Source: Candidatus Hydrogenedentota bacterium (GTDB lineage: Bacteria; Hydrogenedentota; Hydrogenedentia; Hydrogenedentales; SLHB01). From it: a stretch of DNA of 64,000 nt. The stretch covers positions 136,439 through 200,438 of the forward strand of contig BTVY01000005.1 in NCBI GenBank assembly GCA_045863335.1, in the 5' to 3' direction. Of this stretch, positions 1 to 12,117 are shown one piece after another (positions within the stretch are counted from its first letter, which is position 1; each line of letters starts with the position of its first letter). The position numbers and the translations under genes were made by a program. Below the pieces are notes generated by a model. That model did no database searches. It was not told the origin of the DNA and saw only the letters and a list, made by a program, of their open reading frames with translations.

Positions 1-1139
1 AGGGCCGCCTCAGGGTCCCCGTTTCGGGCTTGCTCCTCGCCATCCGCGCGAAGCTTATGCGCTTCCTTGCGATCCTGCAATTCCGTCAAGCTCGGTGCGT
101 ACCTTAGGGCAACGTCCAGATGGATCGCCGCGTCTTCAAAGAAACCGGCGAGATCGAGGGCACGGGCGAAATACAGGCGGGCCATGATGTTCGACGGAGC
201 GGCCTTGATCACCTTCTCGAGACGGCCAAGCGCCTCGTTCAACCGGCCTTGACGGCAGGCGATGGCCGCGAGGGCCGTCGACACGTGTGGGAGCGTGGTG
301 CCATCCATCTCGAGCCGCAAAAACAAGGCGCGCGCTTCGTCCAGATCGCCGCGGTTAAGCAAGATGTTGCCGAGCGTCGTGGCGGCGCCGAGGTGTTCCG
401 GTTCCAGCGCGAGGGCCCGCCGGGAAGCGTACTCGGCTTCATCCGTATGGCCGAGTGCCAGCAACTGTTCCGATAGATCGTGCCAGGCTTTCGGGTTCTC
501 AGGTTGGAGCGCCGCTTTTTCCCGCGCGATAGTAAGGTACCGTTCGCCTTTCGCGCCCGAACCGTCGCTCTCGTACCCGTAGTGGTGGATGAGAATGGGC
601 TGCACGTGAATCGTGCCTCCCGCCTCTTCGACGCTTTCCGTGATGTTTTCGTGGACGGGTTCACGGTACTCGAAACCACGGCGGTTCCGAAAGAGCCGCA
701 GCAGACCGACCGCGATGTAGCCCGATTTGCCGCGGGCATAGGGATCGTCAGGCGGCGCGGGAACCCAACGCCACGCGCGTGGGGTATCGCAATAGTTCGC
801 GAGGGTCACTTCAATGGCATCGGCCCCGTCGCAATCCACATCGACGAGTTCGCGGATGCGCCGCGCGTTCTCCGGATCGACCACTTCGTCCGCGTCGAGA
901 TGCAACAGCCAATCGCCGGTCGCGGCGTGCAGCACTGCATTGCGCGCTTCCGCGAAGTCGTTGTGCCATTCGATAGTGATGACGCGCGCGCCAAACCCTC
1001 GCGCGATAGCAGCGGTTTCGTCGGCGGAGCCCGTATCGCCGATGACAATCTCGTCCGCGATGGCTCGAATGCTTTCGAGACACTCGCCGAGGCAATGGGC
1101 CTCGTTCTTGACGATCATCACGACGCTCAGCGTTGGCAT
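1..1139 (-). CDS. GT2 glycosyltransferase with C-terminal TPR repeats (partial, runs off window start)
   Basis: Absent from the ORF track because it is truncated. My translation from ATG at 1139 gives MPTLSVVMIVKNEAHCLGECLESI...IGDTGSAD...WHNDFAEARN...WLLHLDADE (GT2 DxD), then VHE and HYGY motifs and TPR-like helices. Confidence 0.85.
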   Translation of the reverse strand, partial: MPTLSVVMIVKNEAHCLGECLESIRAIADEIVIGDTGSADETAAIARGFGARVITIEWHNDFAEARNAVLHAATGDWLLHLDADEVVDPENARRIRELVDVDCDGADAIEVTLANYCDTPRAWRWVPAPPDDPYARGKSGYIAVGLLRLFRNRRGFEYREPVHENITESVEEAGGTIHVQPILIHHYGYESDGSGAKGERYLTIAREKAALQPENPKAWHDLSEQLLALGHTDEAEYASRRALALEPEHLGAATTLGNILLNRGDLDEARALFLRLEMDGTTLPHVSTALAAIACRQGRLNEALGRLEKVIKAAPSNIMARLYFARALDLAGFFEDAAIHLDVALRYAPSLTELQDRKEAHKLRADGEEQARNGDPEAA

Positions 1140-1144
1140 GAATG

Positions 1145-2593
1145 TCAGATCTCGAACCGCGTCACGTTTGGCTCGTCTTCGGCGTTGTCTTCCGCTCCGG
1201 GTTGCGCGGGTTCATCAACGGCGTCGTCCGGAGCACCCGAACCGACGACGATAGGATTCGTGTAGACCCACGGCACCCACTCGTCGAGCACGGGGAGTTC
1301 GGCTTCGAGCCGGTACTTGCCGGGATAGGGCACTTGGTACTCGTATTCGCGGCCTTCCTGCGTGTCAATGACTTCGCCGTCCGCGACGAGGGTGAACCGT
1401 ACGCGATTGGGCGATCCGGCCCGCAGCACGAGGCCTTCCGACATGGGCGCCGTCTCGCCCATGACGTACATGCGGGAGCCGTCGTCGGCGAAAAACACGA
1501 ATCCGCGCGCGTCCGCGATCATGTCGAAGGCGATATACGAGCGCCCGGATTTCAAGGCGTTGACGATGGCCTCTTCGGTCAGATCCTCCGCCAAGACATG
1601 ATTGTTCACGAAACGCAGGCTGCGCTCGTAAGGATCGAGGTCGATGCGGAACAGGCGTTCGCCCGGTTCAAGAGGCCCGAAGGCGAGCCGCAACAGTGTG
1701 CGGCTGACGGTCCCTAGTTTGAACTCGGCCGCGTGGGCGTCGCTGGTCCCTGTCAACAGAAAGGTATCCGCGTCCGTGTAGTAGCCTTGGTATCCTGTGT
1801 TCTGGTGGGCGTCATTGGCGGCGATCCCGGCCATGTAGCGGTCTTTGTTTAATTCGTCCCAGTGCGCGAGGATATCCGTCTGCCGGTCGAAGAGTTGCCG
1901 CATGACCAGGTCGGGATATTTCTTCAGCGAGAGAATGATGTCCGGGAATAAGGCTGGCAGGTTCTCGTCCTTGAAATCGGTGTGGATGTTGTAGATTTCC
2001 ATACCCGAAATCTGGGGCAATTCCCATTGGCGTTCCTCTTCCGAGTGGGCGATGAAGAGCGCGCCGCCGAGATCGACAATCTGCTGTGCCAGCGCCTCAG
2101 GTTCTTCGTTGCAGTCCAGCACCGTGTCATAAGGCAAACCCCACGGCATGAAACCGTTGCTCATCTCGAATCCCGGCACGAACAGGATATCGAGATAGAT
2201 GCCGTTAAGTTGGAGCGAGTAGTCCGCTATCTTGCCGTCCGCATCTTCCACACAATGATCGGACATGCAGATGAACGAGACATCCGCTTTCTGTGCGGCC
2301 TCGATGATGTCGGGGAACGGCACGACGCTGTCGTGGGACAACTCCGAGTGGCTGTGGCAGATGCCGCGATACTCGGTCCAGCCGTCGTCGAGGGAGGGTT
2401 CGACCCGGTCCGAGCGGATTTCGTCCCACGCTTCGGCCACCTTGGGGAAATGGTAGAAGCGGTTGTAGAGCGCGTCCCAGAAGATATAGAGAAACGCGCA
2501 AACCAGGAACAGCATCGCCACTACGGCCAGCCGGAAAGTCCACCGGAAGACAAACCGTAGACATCCCCGCTTCTTTTTCACTTCCTCGCTCAT
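1145..2593 (-). CDS. Membrane-anchored PHP-domain metallohydrolase (CehA/McbA-like)
   Basis: N-terminal TM helix; PHP motifs HSHSELSHDS, SDH, AH, EIYN and NDAH. Confidence 0.75.
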   Translation of the reverse strand: MSEEVKKKRGCLRFVFRWTFRLAVVAMLFLVCAFLYIFWDALYNRFYHFPKVAEAWDEIRSDRVEPSLDDGWTEYRGICHSHSELSHDSVVPFPDIIEAAQKADVSFICMSDHCVEDADGKIADYSLQLNGIYLDILFVPGFEMSNGFMPWGLPYDTVLDCNEEPEALAQQIVDLGGALFIAHSEEERQWELPQISGMEIYNIHTDFKDENLPALFPDIILSLKKYPDLVMRQLFDRQTDILAHWDELNKDRYMAGIAANDAHQNTGYQGYYTDADTFLLTGTSDAHAAEFKLGTVSRTLLRLAFGPLEPGERLFRIDLDPYERSLRFVNNHVLAEDLTEEAIVNALKSGRSYIAFDMIADARGFVFFADDGSRMYVMGETAPMSEGLVLRAGSPNRVRFTLVADGEVIDTQEGREYEYQVPYPGKYRLEAELPVLDEWVPWVYTNPIVVGSGAPDDAVDEPAQPGAEDNAEDEPNVTRFEI

Positions 2594-2939
2594 ATCATTC
2601 CCGCTCCCCAGCGTCCGACTGCCTCAACTCCGCCCGTCGGTTGCAAAGGTACTCGAAATCCGGGGTTTGGTCAAAAGGGCAGTGTTCGTTTCCCGGTGGC
2701 TATGGAGCGACTGGCCCACTCCGACCGTGGCTTGGGCCAATCCAGATTGGTTTAGGGGTCATAAGTGTCGAGCATCATTTGCGAGTGACTCGGGGGCTGT
2801 GTTATATTCTACGCTATTGTAGAGTGTGTTTTGCCTGCGCTTTCCGTGTTTTGTGGAAGGCGGGGGCGCATGTCTTTGGGGACCAACCGCCGCGCGCTGG
2901 GTGATGGATGCGGCCGAGAGGATGCGATCGCCGATGAGG

Positions 2940-3917
2940 ATGATGAGCAGATTCGGGTTTTCCACGATGGCGGTGTTGGCTATAGCGGCGTTCAGTGCGC
3001 CCGCGATCCAGGCGGATATTGTCGACCAGGTCGTGGCCAACGTGGACACCGAGGTCATTCTGCTAAGCGACATCATGGCCGAGCTGGGGCCCCAGATCGC
3101 CGACATCCGGCGGGATGCGCCCAACGAGGAAGCCTTCAACGACGCGTTGCAGGAGAAGATCCGGGCCACATTGGACCAGGCGATCGAGAACCGCATCCTG
3201 CTGCGCGAGGCCCAGTTGGCGGGTCTTTCCGTGGACGACGACACGGTTGAGAAGCGGTTGGAAGAGTACCGGAAACTGTACGACACCAACGAAGCCTTTT
3301 TGCGTGAGTTGGAAGCGGCCGGCGAAACCATGAGTGACCTTCGCACACGCCTGCGCAAGCAGATGCTCTCCCGCACCATGGCGATCCGAAAGATGCGCGA
3401 GTTTGAAGACGGCGTGGTTGTGTCCGAGTCGGAGGTGGCTCAGTACTACGAGGACCACAAGGACGATTTCCGGCATCCGGAACGTGTCCATGTATCGCAG
3501 ATCTTCGTCGCGTCGCCATCGGGCAGCGCCGACCGTGCCGTCGCCAAGGCTCGATTGGAGCAGCTTCGCGACGAGGTCGTTTCGGGCACGGAATTCGAAG
3601 AGTTGGCCATTGAATACTCCGAGGCGCCCGGCGCCGAGGATGGCGGCATTATCGGCTGGGTGCAACGGGGCGATCTCGTGGGACCCTTGGAAGATGCTGC
3701 GTTCGGCCTGGAGCCGGGGCAATTGAGCGAAGTGGTTGAAACGGACAGCGGTTTTCACCTGATGAGGATCGATAAGAAGGAAGCGGCCGGGCTCGCCACG
3801 TTGGACGAGGCCCGCAAAGAGATTGGCCCCCTGATCCGGAGCCAGGTCGCCGCCGAACGGTATCAGAAATGGATTGATGAACTGAAGAAACGCAGCCGCG
3901 TACGCGTTTTCATTTGA
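2940..3917 (+). CDS. SurA/PrsA-like parvulin peptidyl-prolyl isomerase
   Basis: Signal peptide, SurA N-domain (IVDQVVANVDTEVIL) and rotamase domain (FEELAIEYSE, DGGIIGW, VETDSGFHL). The start is one of several ATGs at 2922-2943. Confidence 0.88.
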   Translation: MMSRFGFSTMAVLAIAAFSAPAIQADIVDQVVANVDTEVILLSDIMAELGPQIADIRRDAPNEEAFNDALQEKIRATLDQAIENRILLREAQLAGLSVDDDTVEKRLEEYRKLYDTNEAFLRELEAAGETMSDLRTRLRKQMLSRTMAIRKMREFEDGVVVSESEVAQYYEDHKDDFRHPERVHVSQIFVASPSGSADRAVAKARLEQLRDEVVSGTEFEELAIEYSEAPGAEDGGIIGWVQRGDLVGPLEDAAFGLEPGQLSEVVETDSGFHLMRIDKKEAAGLATLDEARKEIGPLIRSQVAAERYQKWIDELKKRSRVRVFI

Positions 3918-4070
3918 TGGACCGTGAACGCACCGGTGGGATTCCGGCGCGCCACGGGACAGGCCCTGCCCCCCACATGGCCGACTCGGCATTCTCAACC
4001 CCAGAAGACTCAGGCGATCAACGTTCCCCGCGCGTTACGGGTCACGGTACTGTATCCGCAAGCGGTTGAG

Positions 4071-4868
4071 ATGCTGACACGCGCACTCAAGATGGCCTTT
4101 TGGATTCTGTACGACCATCTCGGCAAGCTGATGGCGGCCAACTTCGTGTGGGCCGTCTCCATCGCGATACCGGGAAGCGTGGCGGCTACGGCAGTATTCT
4201 ACGGGGAACCGCCGATACAGATTTGGATCGGAGCGCCCGCCGCGGCAATTGCCGTTGGGATAATCCTTCCGGTCTTGTCGGTGGGGATGGCGCAGCTGAT
4301 GAAGGTTTTGATCGACCGGAAGGATGGGTCCTTGTCGGACTTTCTGGACGGAATTCGCCGCTACGGGTGGAAGGCGTCCCGGTTAGGGCTCCTGTACACC
4401 GGCGCCATGGTGTGCTTTGGCACGAGCGTGTGGTTCTACGCGACGAAGCTACAGGCGAGCGCGCCCTTTGTGGGTTACCTCGTGAGCGCCATTGCGTTCT
4501 GGTGTCTGGCTTTCGTCGCCTTGAGCGCGCAATTCGCGCTCCCCGCGCTGGTGCAGAAGCGGGAAGGCGTCGTGGCGACCTTGAAGTTGTCCGCCCTATT
4601 GGTGCTTGACAACCCGGTGCTTACGGCCGGCGTGGCGTTTCAGATCGCCGTGCTGACCGTACTGGCCGCGCCGATCTGGCCGCTGTTTTTTGTGATTTAC
4701 GGCGCGGCGGTAATGGCGCTGGTATCGAGTGCCTATGAACTGATGGCCCGCAAATACGCGGTTGCCGCGGCGAGATCGGACGGGTCGGTGGAGTTACCGC
4801 CCCGGGACGAAGACGACGATTACCTGAACCGGGGGGTTCGGGACGTGTTTTTCCCCTGGAAGGGGTAG
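4071..4868 (+). CDS. Multi-pass membrane protein (DUF624/YesL-like)
   Basis: About 6 hydrophobic helices. I chose the ATG at 4071 within ORF 3924..4868. Confidence 0.6.
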   Translation: MLTRALKMAFWILYDHLGKLMAANFVWAVSIAIPGSVAATAVFYGEPPIQIWIGAPAAAIAVGIILPVLSVGMAQLMKVLIDRKDGSLSDFLDGIRRYGWKASRLGLLYTGAMVCFGTSVWFYATKLQASAPFVGYLVSAIAFWCLAFVALSAQFALPALVQKREGVVATLKLSALLVLDNPVLTAGVAFQIAVLTVLAAPIWPLFFVIYGAAVMALVSSAYELMARKYAVAAARSDGSVELPPRDEDDDYLNRGVRDVFFPWKG

Positions 4869-4936
4869 TAGAATTTACACTATTTACTGCGCTCTCCGGC
4901 GCTTTCCGGCTGGTGTTCCAGCCGGACCCGGAGTAG

Positions 4937-6253
<1,317 letters not shown>

Positions 6254-6294
6254 AGAAGGACGGGGCCGCCCAGAAGCGGCCTCGGGTAGCAGGT

Positions 6295-6603
6295 ATGTTC
6301 CGATCGTTTAGCAGGGGCTATATACTGGTGTTTCTGGTCGTGACCGCGCTCACGGTGGGGTATGTGCTCCACCGTGACTTGGCGGGCCAATACACTTTCT
6401 ATCAGGAGAACGAGGAGTATGTGCGCACCATGCGCGAGCAGCTTCGCACCCTCACCGCTGAGGAGCAGCGGCTCACCGAGCGCGTGGAAGGATTGACGAG
6501 CGACCCTGTCGAGGTCGAGGCCGATATCCGCAGCAGCAAAGGACTCGTACGGCCGAACGAGCGGATTGTCCGCATTGAACCTGCGGAAACCGAAGCCCCG
6601 TAA
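6295..6603 (+). CDS. ftsB: Septum formation initiator FtsB/DivIC
   Basis: Single TM plus coiled coil plus GLVRPNE motif, directly after eno (conserved eno-ftsB order). Confidence 0.8.
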   Translation: MFRSFSRGYILVFLVVTALTVGYVLHRDLAGQYTFYQENEEYVRTMREQLRTLTAEEQRLTERVEGLTSDPVEVEADIRSSKGLVRPNERIVRIEPAETEAP

Positions 6604-6609
6604 GAGGGA

Positions 6610-7602
6610 GTGTCCGCTACCCTGTCACACGAAATCCTCCTAAATAGCCAGGACGAGGCTATCAAACTCCTGGGCAAGAACGGGGAACTTCGCAAACGGA
6701 TTCAGGAAGAGGCTCCCGTTCGCATTGTGGACCGCGGCGCCAAGGTTGTGATCATGGGAGAAGACCCGGACGCGGCCATGGTCGGTCAGATGCTGGCGGA
6801 GATGCTCGTCGCCGTGCGTGGCGGGCATACGCCGACCCTGGCCGACGTGAGCTATGCGCTCAACGAGGCGAAGACGAGCCATGTCGAGAATCTGAGCGAC
6901 GTATTTGCGTCGCCGGGCCAAGGGTTGCGCACGGATATCGCCATCAAACCGCGCACGCGGGGGCAAAAGCGGTATCTCGATGCGATCCAAAGCCATGGAG
7001 TTACCCTGGGCATCGGCCCGGCGGGAACGGGCAAGACCTACTTGGCTATGGCTGCGGCTGTATCCGCGTTGTTGAACAAGGAAGTGAATCGGCTGATCCT
7101 GACGCGTCCGGCCGTGGAAGCGGGGGAAAACCTCGGCTTTTTGCCCGGCGATTTGCAGCAAAAGGTGAACCCCTATCTGCGGCCCCTGTACGATGCGCTG
7201 TATTCCATGGTGGATGTGGAGCGGGTCCGCCGCCTCATCGAACGGGAGACCATCGAGGTTGCGCCTCTGGCGTTCATGCGCGGTCGCACCCTGGACCATT
7301 CCTTCGCCATACTGGATGAAGCGCAGAACACGACATCCGAGCAGATGAAGATGTTCTTGACCCGCCTGGGCGAAGGGTCGCGGGCCGTGATTACGGGCGA
7401 CATTACCCAGGTGGACTTGCCGCGCGGGCGGCGTTCGGGACTCATCGAGGCGCGGCGCATTCTGCGAAACACAGAGGGCATCGCGATTATACACCTGCAC
7501 CGCAACGACGTCGTACGGCATCCGCTGGTCCAGCGGATAATCGATGCCTACGAGGCGGCGTCGCAGGGTGACGGACCGCCGGAGGAGGGTAGCGAATCTT
7601 GA
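6610..7602 (+). CDS. phoH: PhoH family ATPase (YbeZ-like)
   Basis: GPAGTGKTYLA, RPAVEAGENLGFLPG, APLAFMRGRT, LDEAQN and DVVRHPLV. Confidence 0.96.
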   Translation: MSATLSHEILLNSQDEAIKLLGKNGELRKRIQEEAPVRIVDRGAKVVIMGEDPDAAMVGQMLAEMLVAVRGGHTPTLADVSYALNEAKTSHVENLSDVFASPGQGLRTDIAIKPRTRGQKRYLDAIQSHGVTLGIGPAGTGKTYLAMAAAVSALLNKEVNRLILTRPAVEAGENLGFLPGDLQQKVNPYLRPLYDALYSMVDVERVRRLIERETIEVAPLAFMRGRTLDHSFAILDEAQNTTSEQMKMFLTRLGEGSRAVITGDITQVDLPRGRRSGLIEARRILRNTEGIAIIHLHRNDVVRHPLVQRIIDAYEAASQGDGPPEEGSES

Positions 7603-10100
7603 TGCTCCCCCGAATCGGACGAAAGAAGCAGCGGCTGAGCGGCGGTAGCTACCGGGGCCAGCAGCAGCGTGTGGGAACCAATCGCGAGCAGCGAATGCGC
7701 ACGCTGGTGCTTGGGCTGTGCTTTGTGTTCCTGGTGGTTGGCGTGACCAAGCGGCTGCGGCCCACGGCGGAAACCGAAGAATACAATCTTGACGGCGTCA
7801 TTGCCCAAGATACGTTCATTGCGGAAATTGGGTTCAAGAGCGAAGATCTCGAAAAGACCCGGGAAGCGCGCGAAGCAGCGGCTGCCAAGGTGCCCGACAT
7901 CTTTCGTGTCAACGAAGACGTCGTCGAGGTACAGGTAGAGCTCCTGGGTGAAGCGGCCGACGCCATCCTGGAGCAGCGGCCCGCCGCAGAGAAAGCCATT
8001 CGTGAGGCGCTGGCGGCGGCCCCGCCGGACCAGGCACCGGCCACGGTTGTGGCGAGAACCGCCCGGAGTTTTGCGGAAACGCTGATCAAGCAGGGCGAAC
8101 CGTTTCAATCGGTCGCCAACGCCGATGCGCTGGCGACCTGGCTGACGCCGCGCGTAACGATACCGGCGCCGAAAGCGCCCGCCGATCCCGTTGAGGGAAG
8201 CGAAGCGGACGCCGCGCCCGAGCCTTCCAAACCCGAACCGCAACTGGAGTTCGTGTACGGAGAACGTCTCGCGGCCGTAGCACCGGAAGCCCTGCGCGAT
8301 GTCCTCGAAAACGGAATCTTGAAGTCCGACGAACGGGGCAGTGAATTCTCCAAAGCCTTGGACCGCCGCATCACAATCCTCAACGCGCGCGGCCAAAGCT
8401 CCGGTGAGATGCCGTTCGCCGAAGCGCCCACCGTCGTCACGGCGCCTGATCTGTTGAAGGCGCGCATCGCCGCGGGGCTGCAATTGGCTTTTCCGGCCTT
8501 TCAGGCCGGTGCGACGGACGCTCCGGTCGATCTGGTGAAACTCCAGGACGCAGCGTTCGCGGTGACAAAACCGTTCCTGAGCAGCACCCTGGAGTTTGAC
8601 GCGGACAAGACAAGCATTGAACGAGAAGTTGCTCGCGGGCAGGTGGAACCGGTCTTGAAAGAGATCATGCCCAGTGAGCGAATCATCGGCCGCGGTGAGC
8701 GTTGGTCTCCGCAGTCGAAAAGTGATGTGGAAACCTACCTGGTTGAAAAGCAGCGCTATGACAAGCAGACCGCCAACGTAATTGGTTCGCTGGCCGGCCA
8801 TGCGATCCTGGTGGGGCTGGTGTTGTTTGCTCTCGTGCAAGCGCTGCCGCTGTTGGTTACGAAACGCCAGTTCACCTTGCGGAGCCTGAACCTGGTGCTC
8901 CTGGTAATGTGCGCCACGATCGGTGTCGGGCGCGTGGCGGCCTACTTCGACGATACGGGATTGTTGGTGCCCGCGGCGGCCGGGGCCATCCTGCTCGCCA
9001 TCCTGACGAATACGCGCGTCGCCGGCCTTTCAAGCGCAATCATCGCGATACTCCTGTCGATTCAGTACGACTACAGTTGGCGGCTCCTGCTGGTGAGCGC
9101 GGCAATGTCGTTTACCGGCGTGCTCAGTATCTTCATGGTGCGGCGGCGCAGCGACATGGGCAGCGCAGCGGTGAAAGCCACGATCGTCGGCGTGCTGACG
9201 GTGCTGGGTATGGCCCTCGCACAGGACGCCTTGTTCACGGAGACATCGTTCAATGCGCTTGTATCCATCGCGTTGAACGGATTGGTGTGCGTGTTGGTCG
9301 TGCCCGGGTTGGTTTCGCCGTTGGAGCGCCTGTTCGGTATTACGACCGACATTCAACTGCTGGAATATTCGGATTTAAACAACCATATTCTGAGCCGGCT
9401 GGCCATGGAAGTGCCGGCGACCTATGCCCACAGTCTTATGCTGGGCCAGTTGGCGGAGGCCGCGGCGGACGCTATCGGCGCGAACGGGCTGCTCGCCCGG
9501 GTCTGTGCGTATTACCACGACATCGGCAAGATTCGGCGTCCGGAATACTTCTCCGAGAATCAGACCGGCGCCAATATTCACGACGACCTCTCGCCCCGAT
9601 TGAGCGCGCGGGCCATAGCATCGCACGTGACCGAGGGCGCGGAGATGGCGCGGGAACTTCATTTGCCGAAACCGTTGATCGACGCCATCTATGAACACCA
9701 CGGGACTTGCCTGATCAGCTTTTTCTACAAGGAAGCGGTGAAACAGCAGAAGCACGGCGGCGTCGTGGAAAGCGATTTCCGGTATCCGGGGCCCCGTCCG
9801 CGGAGCCGCGAGACTGCGATTCTGATGATTTGCGACGCGGTGGAATCGGGGGTGCGATCCCTGAAGAATCCGAACGAAGAGCGTGTCCGCGAGTTTATCG
9901 ACCGCATCATCTCGAGCCGCGCCGAGGATCGGCAGTTTGATGAGTGCGAACTCACGCTGCGCGACCTCGACACGATTGCGGAGGTTTTGGCCAAGCGCAT
10001 TTCGTCAAGCCAACACCGGCGCATCGCCTATCCCGGCCAGGAAAAAGAGCCCGAGCCAAAGGTGGCGAACATGGTCCCCTTGTCCGGAGGGCAGGAATAG
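7599..10100 (+). CDS. 7TM-HD (HDIG) phosphodiesterase, PgpH-like cyclic-di-AMP hydrolase family
   Basis: Large extracytoplasmic domain, about 7 TM helices, then PATYAHS, YYHDIGK, HHGT and ICDAVES; in the phoH-X-ybeY context. Confidence 0.88.
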   Translation: MMLPRIGRKKQRLSGGSYRGQQQRVGTNREQRMRTLVLGLCFVFLVVGVTKRLRPTAETEEYNLDGVIAQDTFIAEIGFKSEDLEKTREAREAAAAKVPDIFRVNEDVVEVQVELLGEAADAILEQRPAAEKAIREALAAAPPDQAPATVVARTARSFAETLIKQGEPFQSVANADALATWLTPRVTIPAPKAPADPVEGSEADAAPEPSKPEPQLEFVYGERLAAVAPEALRDVLENGILKSDERGSEFSKALDRRITILNARGQSSGEMPFAEAPTVVTAPDLLKARIAAGLQLAFPAFQAGATDAPVDLVKLQDAAFAVTKPFLSSTLEFDADKTSIEREVARGQVEPVLKEIMPSERIIGRGERWSPQSKSDVETYLVEKQRYDKQTANVIGSLAGHAILVGLVLFALVQALPLLVTKRQFTLRSLNLVLLVMCATIGVGRVAAYFDDTGLLVPAAAGAILLAILTNTRVAGLSSAIIAILLSIQYDYSWRLLLVSAAMSFTGVLSIFMVRRRSDMGSAAVKATIVGVLTVLGMALAQDALFTETSFNALVSIALNGLVCVLVVPGLVSPLERLFGITTDIQLLEYSDLNNHILSRLAMEVPATYAHSLMLGQLAEAAADAIGANGLLARVCAYYHDIGKIRRPEYFSENQTGANIHDDLSPRLSARAIASHVTEGAEMARELHLPKPLIDAIYEHHGTCLISFFYKEAVKQQKHGGVVESDFRYPGPRPRSRETAILMICDAVESGVRSLKNPNEERVREFIDRIISSRAEDRQFDECELTLRDLDTIAEVLAKRISSSQHRRIAYPGQEKEPEPKVANMVPLSGGQE

Positions 10101-10576
10101 TGCCGCTTACCCTCCAGGTCCGCAACGAATCGCGGATGAAGCATTGCTACCGTTCGGACGTGCTGTGCCGACTGGCAGAACGCGTGTGCGCGGGCGAGAA
10201 TCGCAATGGCGCCATCGAGATCAGCGTGCTATTCTGCGACGATCGCCGCATACGGGAATTGAACCGGCAATACCGGAAGATCGATCGCCCCACAGACGTT
10301 CTATCCTTCGCCCAGGACGAAGCGCCGGACGGGGAGCAGGTCGTCTTGGGCGACATTGTGATATCGCTGGAAACGGTTGCGGCGCGTTGCCGCGGTGACA
10401 AGGAGGCCATGCGGCAGGAAGCGCGGCTTCTGTTTTGTCATGGGTTGTTGCATCTTCTGGGCTACGACCACCACACGGAACGCGAGCGTGCCATCATGGC
10501 TGCCAAACAGGCGGCATACCTGGACCTGCCGATTGCGAAGGCGTGGCTTGGACCACGCCGCGCGACCGCAACCTAA
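10100..10576 (+). CDS. ybeY: rRNA maturation endoribonuclease YbeY
   Basis: IRELNRQYR..DRPTDVLSF, LGDIVIS and HGLLHLLGYDH; the GTG start overlaps the upstream stop. Confidence 0.96.
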   Translation: MPLTLQVRNESRMKHCYRSDVLCRLAERVCAGENRNGAIEISVLFCDDRRIRELNRQYRKIDRPTDVLSFAQDEAPDGEQVVLGDIVISLETVAARCRGDKEAMRQEARLLFCHGLLHLLGYDHHTERERAIMAAKQAAYLDLPIAKAWLGPRRATAT

Positions 10577-10593
10577 GGGAGGAGAAATCTCTT

Positions 10594-12117
10594 TTGGACG
10601 ACGATAGTAGACCGTCGCCCTTCACGTCCTCGATCACGAGGATGGTTTGGTGGGGCGGCTTTATCTGTGTCGCCCTGTTTCTCGTCAATCACGCCGTGTC
10701 GCAGAGTCCGGAGGCGGTGACCGATGGATCCACTTTGTCTCGACACGCGGCCGCGGAAGACATGCCCGACGCCGCGGACGGCACGCAGCCGTGGCATGCC
10801 GTGTTACCGCCGCACGTGCTGCTTGCAATTGCGTTCCTGATCGGGTGCTCGGCGTTTTTCTCGGGGTCTGAGTCGGCCTTCTTCTCCATCCACAAGATCC
10901 GGTTGCGCGCCATGCGAGAGAGCGCGAACGTCGCGGACCGGCGGGTCGCCAAATTGATGGAGGATCCGGGACGCCTGCTGACCACGATCCTGGTAGGCAA
11001 CATGATCGTCAACGCGTTGATTGGCATTTTTCTTGGCGCTCGCGTGGAGCAGGTGCTTTCCAATTCCTTTGGATTCGGTGACGCCACGGCCTACGCGCTA
11101 GCGGTTGCCCTTACGACAACGATCCTGGTCTTCCTTGGCGAGATTGCCCCCAAAGTGTTTGCCGTGCATACCTGCGTGCCCTTTGCGCGCATCACGGTGT
11201 TTCCCCTTGTCGCGGCGGACCGGATTCTGGCGCCCGTTCGCGATAGCGCGCTGGGGCTCACCAATGCGTTGTTCCGCCTCACCCGATTCCACCAGTTGCA
11301 TGCGGCGCCGTTCATCACCGATGCCGAGTTTAAGTCGGTGTTGACTGACGGCGAGGCGCAAGGCGTGATTGAAGAAGACGAGCGCCAAATGATCCAGGGA
11401 ATTCTCGAGTTCAGCGACGCCATGCTTCGGGAGATCCTGGTGCCGCGGCCCGACGTGATCGCGTTGCCTGAAGAAGCCACGGTAGCCGAGGCGTTAGCCG
11501 TGTACCGGGAGCACGAGTACTCGCGCATGCCGGTGTACCGTGAAGGGCTGGATTACGTGCGCGGGATCCTTCTGGCGAAGGACCTGCTGCCCAGTTTCGC
11601 CAAAGGTGAAATGGACCGCACGATCAAGGGCCTGTTGCGGCCCGCCCATTTCGTACCGGTCACGATGACTGTTCAACAGTTCGTCGCGGATGCCCAACGG
11701 CACCGCGCCCATCTCGCGATTGTGGTCGACGAGTACGGCGGGACGGCCGGTATCGTGACGCTTGAGGACGCGATGGAACAAGTCGTCGGCGATATCATGG
11801 ACGAAGACGAATTCGAGGAACTCGGGTATCACAAGGTGGCGGACGACGAGTACGTCGTCGAGGGCGGGCTGGCCCTTGACGATCTCAACGCGCTGATTGG
11901 TGTGGACCTTCAGGATGAAGAGCACGAAACCGTTGCAGGATTCCTCATGGATCAGACCGACCGAATTCTCGAACCTGGCGATCAAATTGAATCGGCGGGC
12001 GTCCAGTTCACGGTAGAAGCTTGTGAAGGAAAGCGGGTGTCCAGCGTGCGGCTCAAGCTGTTGCCGCCGCCCGAACCCGCGGCGGAACCGGCCCCGGTCA
12101 CGGAGCCCGAGTCATGA
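10594..12117 (+). CDS. CNNM/DUF21-CBS-CorC hemolysin-family Mg/Co transporter, copy 1
   Basis: SAFFSGSESAF, LLTTILVGN, GEIAPK, YSRMPVY, VVDEYGGTAGIVTLED and C-terminal CorC domain. TTG start after a GGAGGAG RBS. Confidence 0.9.
   Translation: MDDDSRPSPFTSSITRMVWWGGFICVALFLVNHAVSQSPEAVTDGSTLSRHAAAEDMPDAADGTQPWHAVLPPHVLLAIAFLIGCSAFFSGSESAFFSIHKIRLRAMRESANVADRRVAKLMEDPGRLLTTILVGNMIVNALIGIFLGARVEQVLSNSFGFGDATAYALAVALTTTILVFLGEIAPKVFAVHTCVPFARITVFPLVAADRILAPVRDSALGLTNALFRLTRFHQLHAAPFITDAEFKSVLTDGEAQGVIEEDERQMIQGILEFSDAMLREILVPRPDVIALPEEATVAEALAVYREHEYSRMPVYREGLDYVRGILLAKDLLPSFAKGEMDRTIKGLLRPAHFVPVTMTVQQFVADAQRHRAHLAIVVDEYGGTAGIVTLEDAMEQVVGDIMDEDEFEELGYHKVADDEYVVEGGLALDDLNALIGVDLQDEEHETVAGFLMDQTDRILEPGDQIESAGVQFTVEACEGKRVSSVRLKLLPPPEPAAEPAPVTEPES

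Noticed and set aside
1-1139. Link between the GT2-TPR gene and flagellin glycosylation/flgM
   Set aside because: They are 14 kb apart with unrelated genes between, so there is no evidence of linkage.
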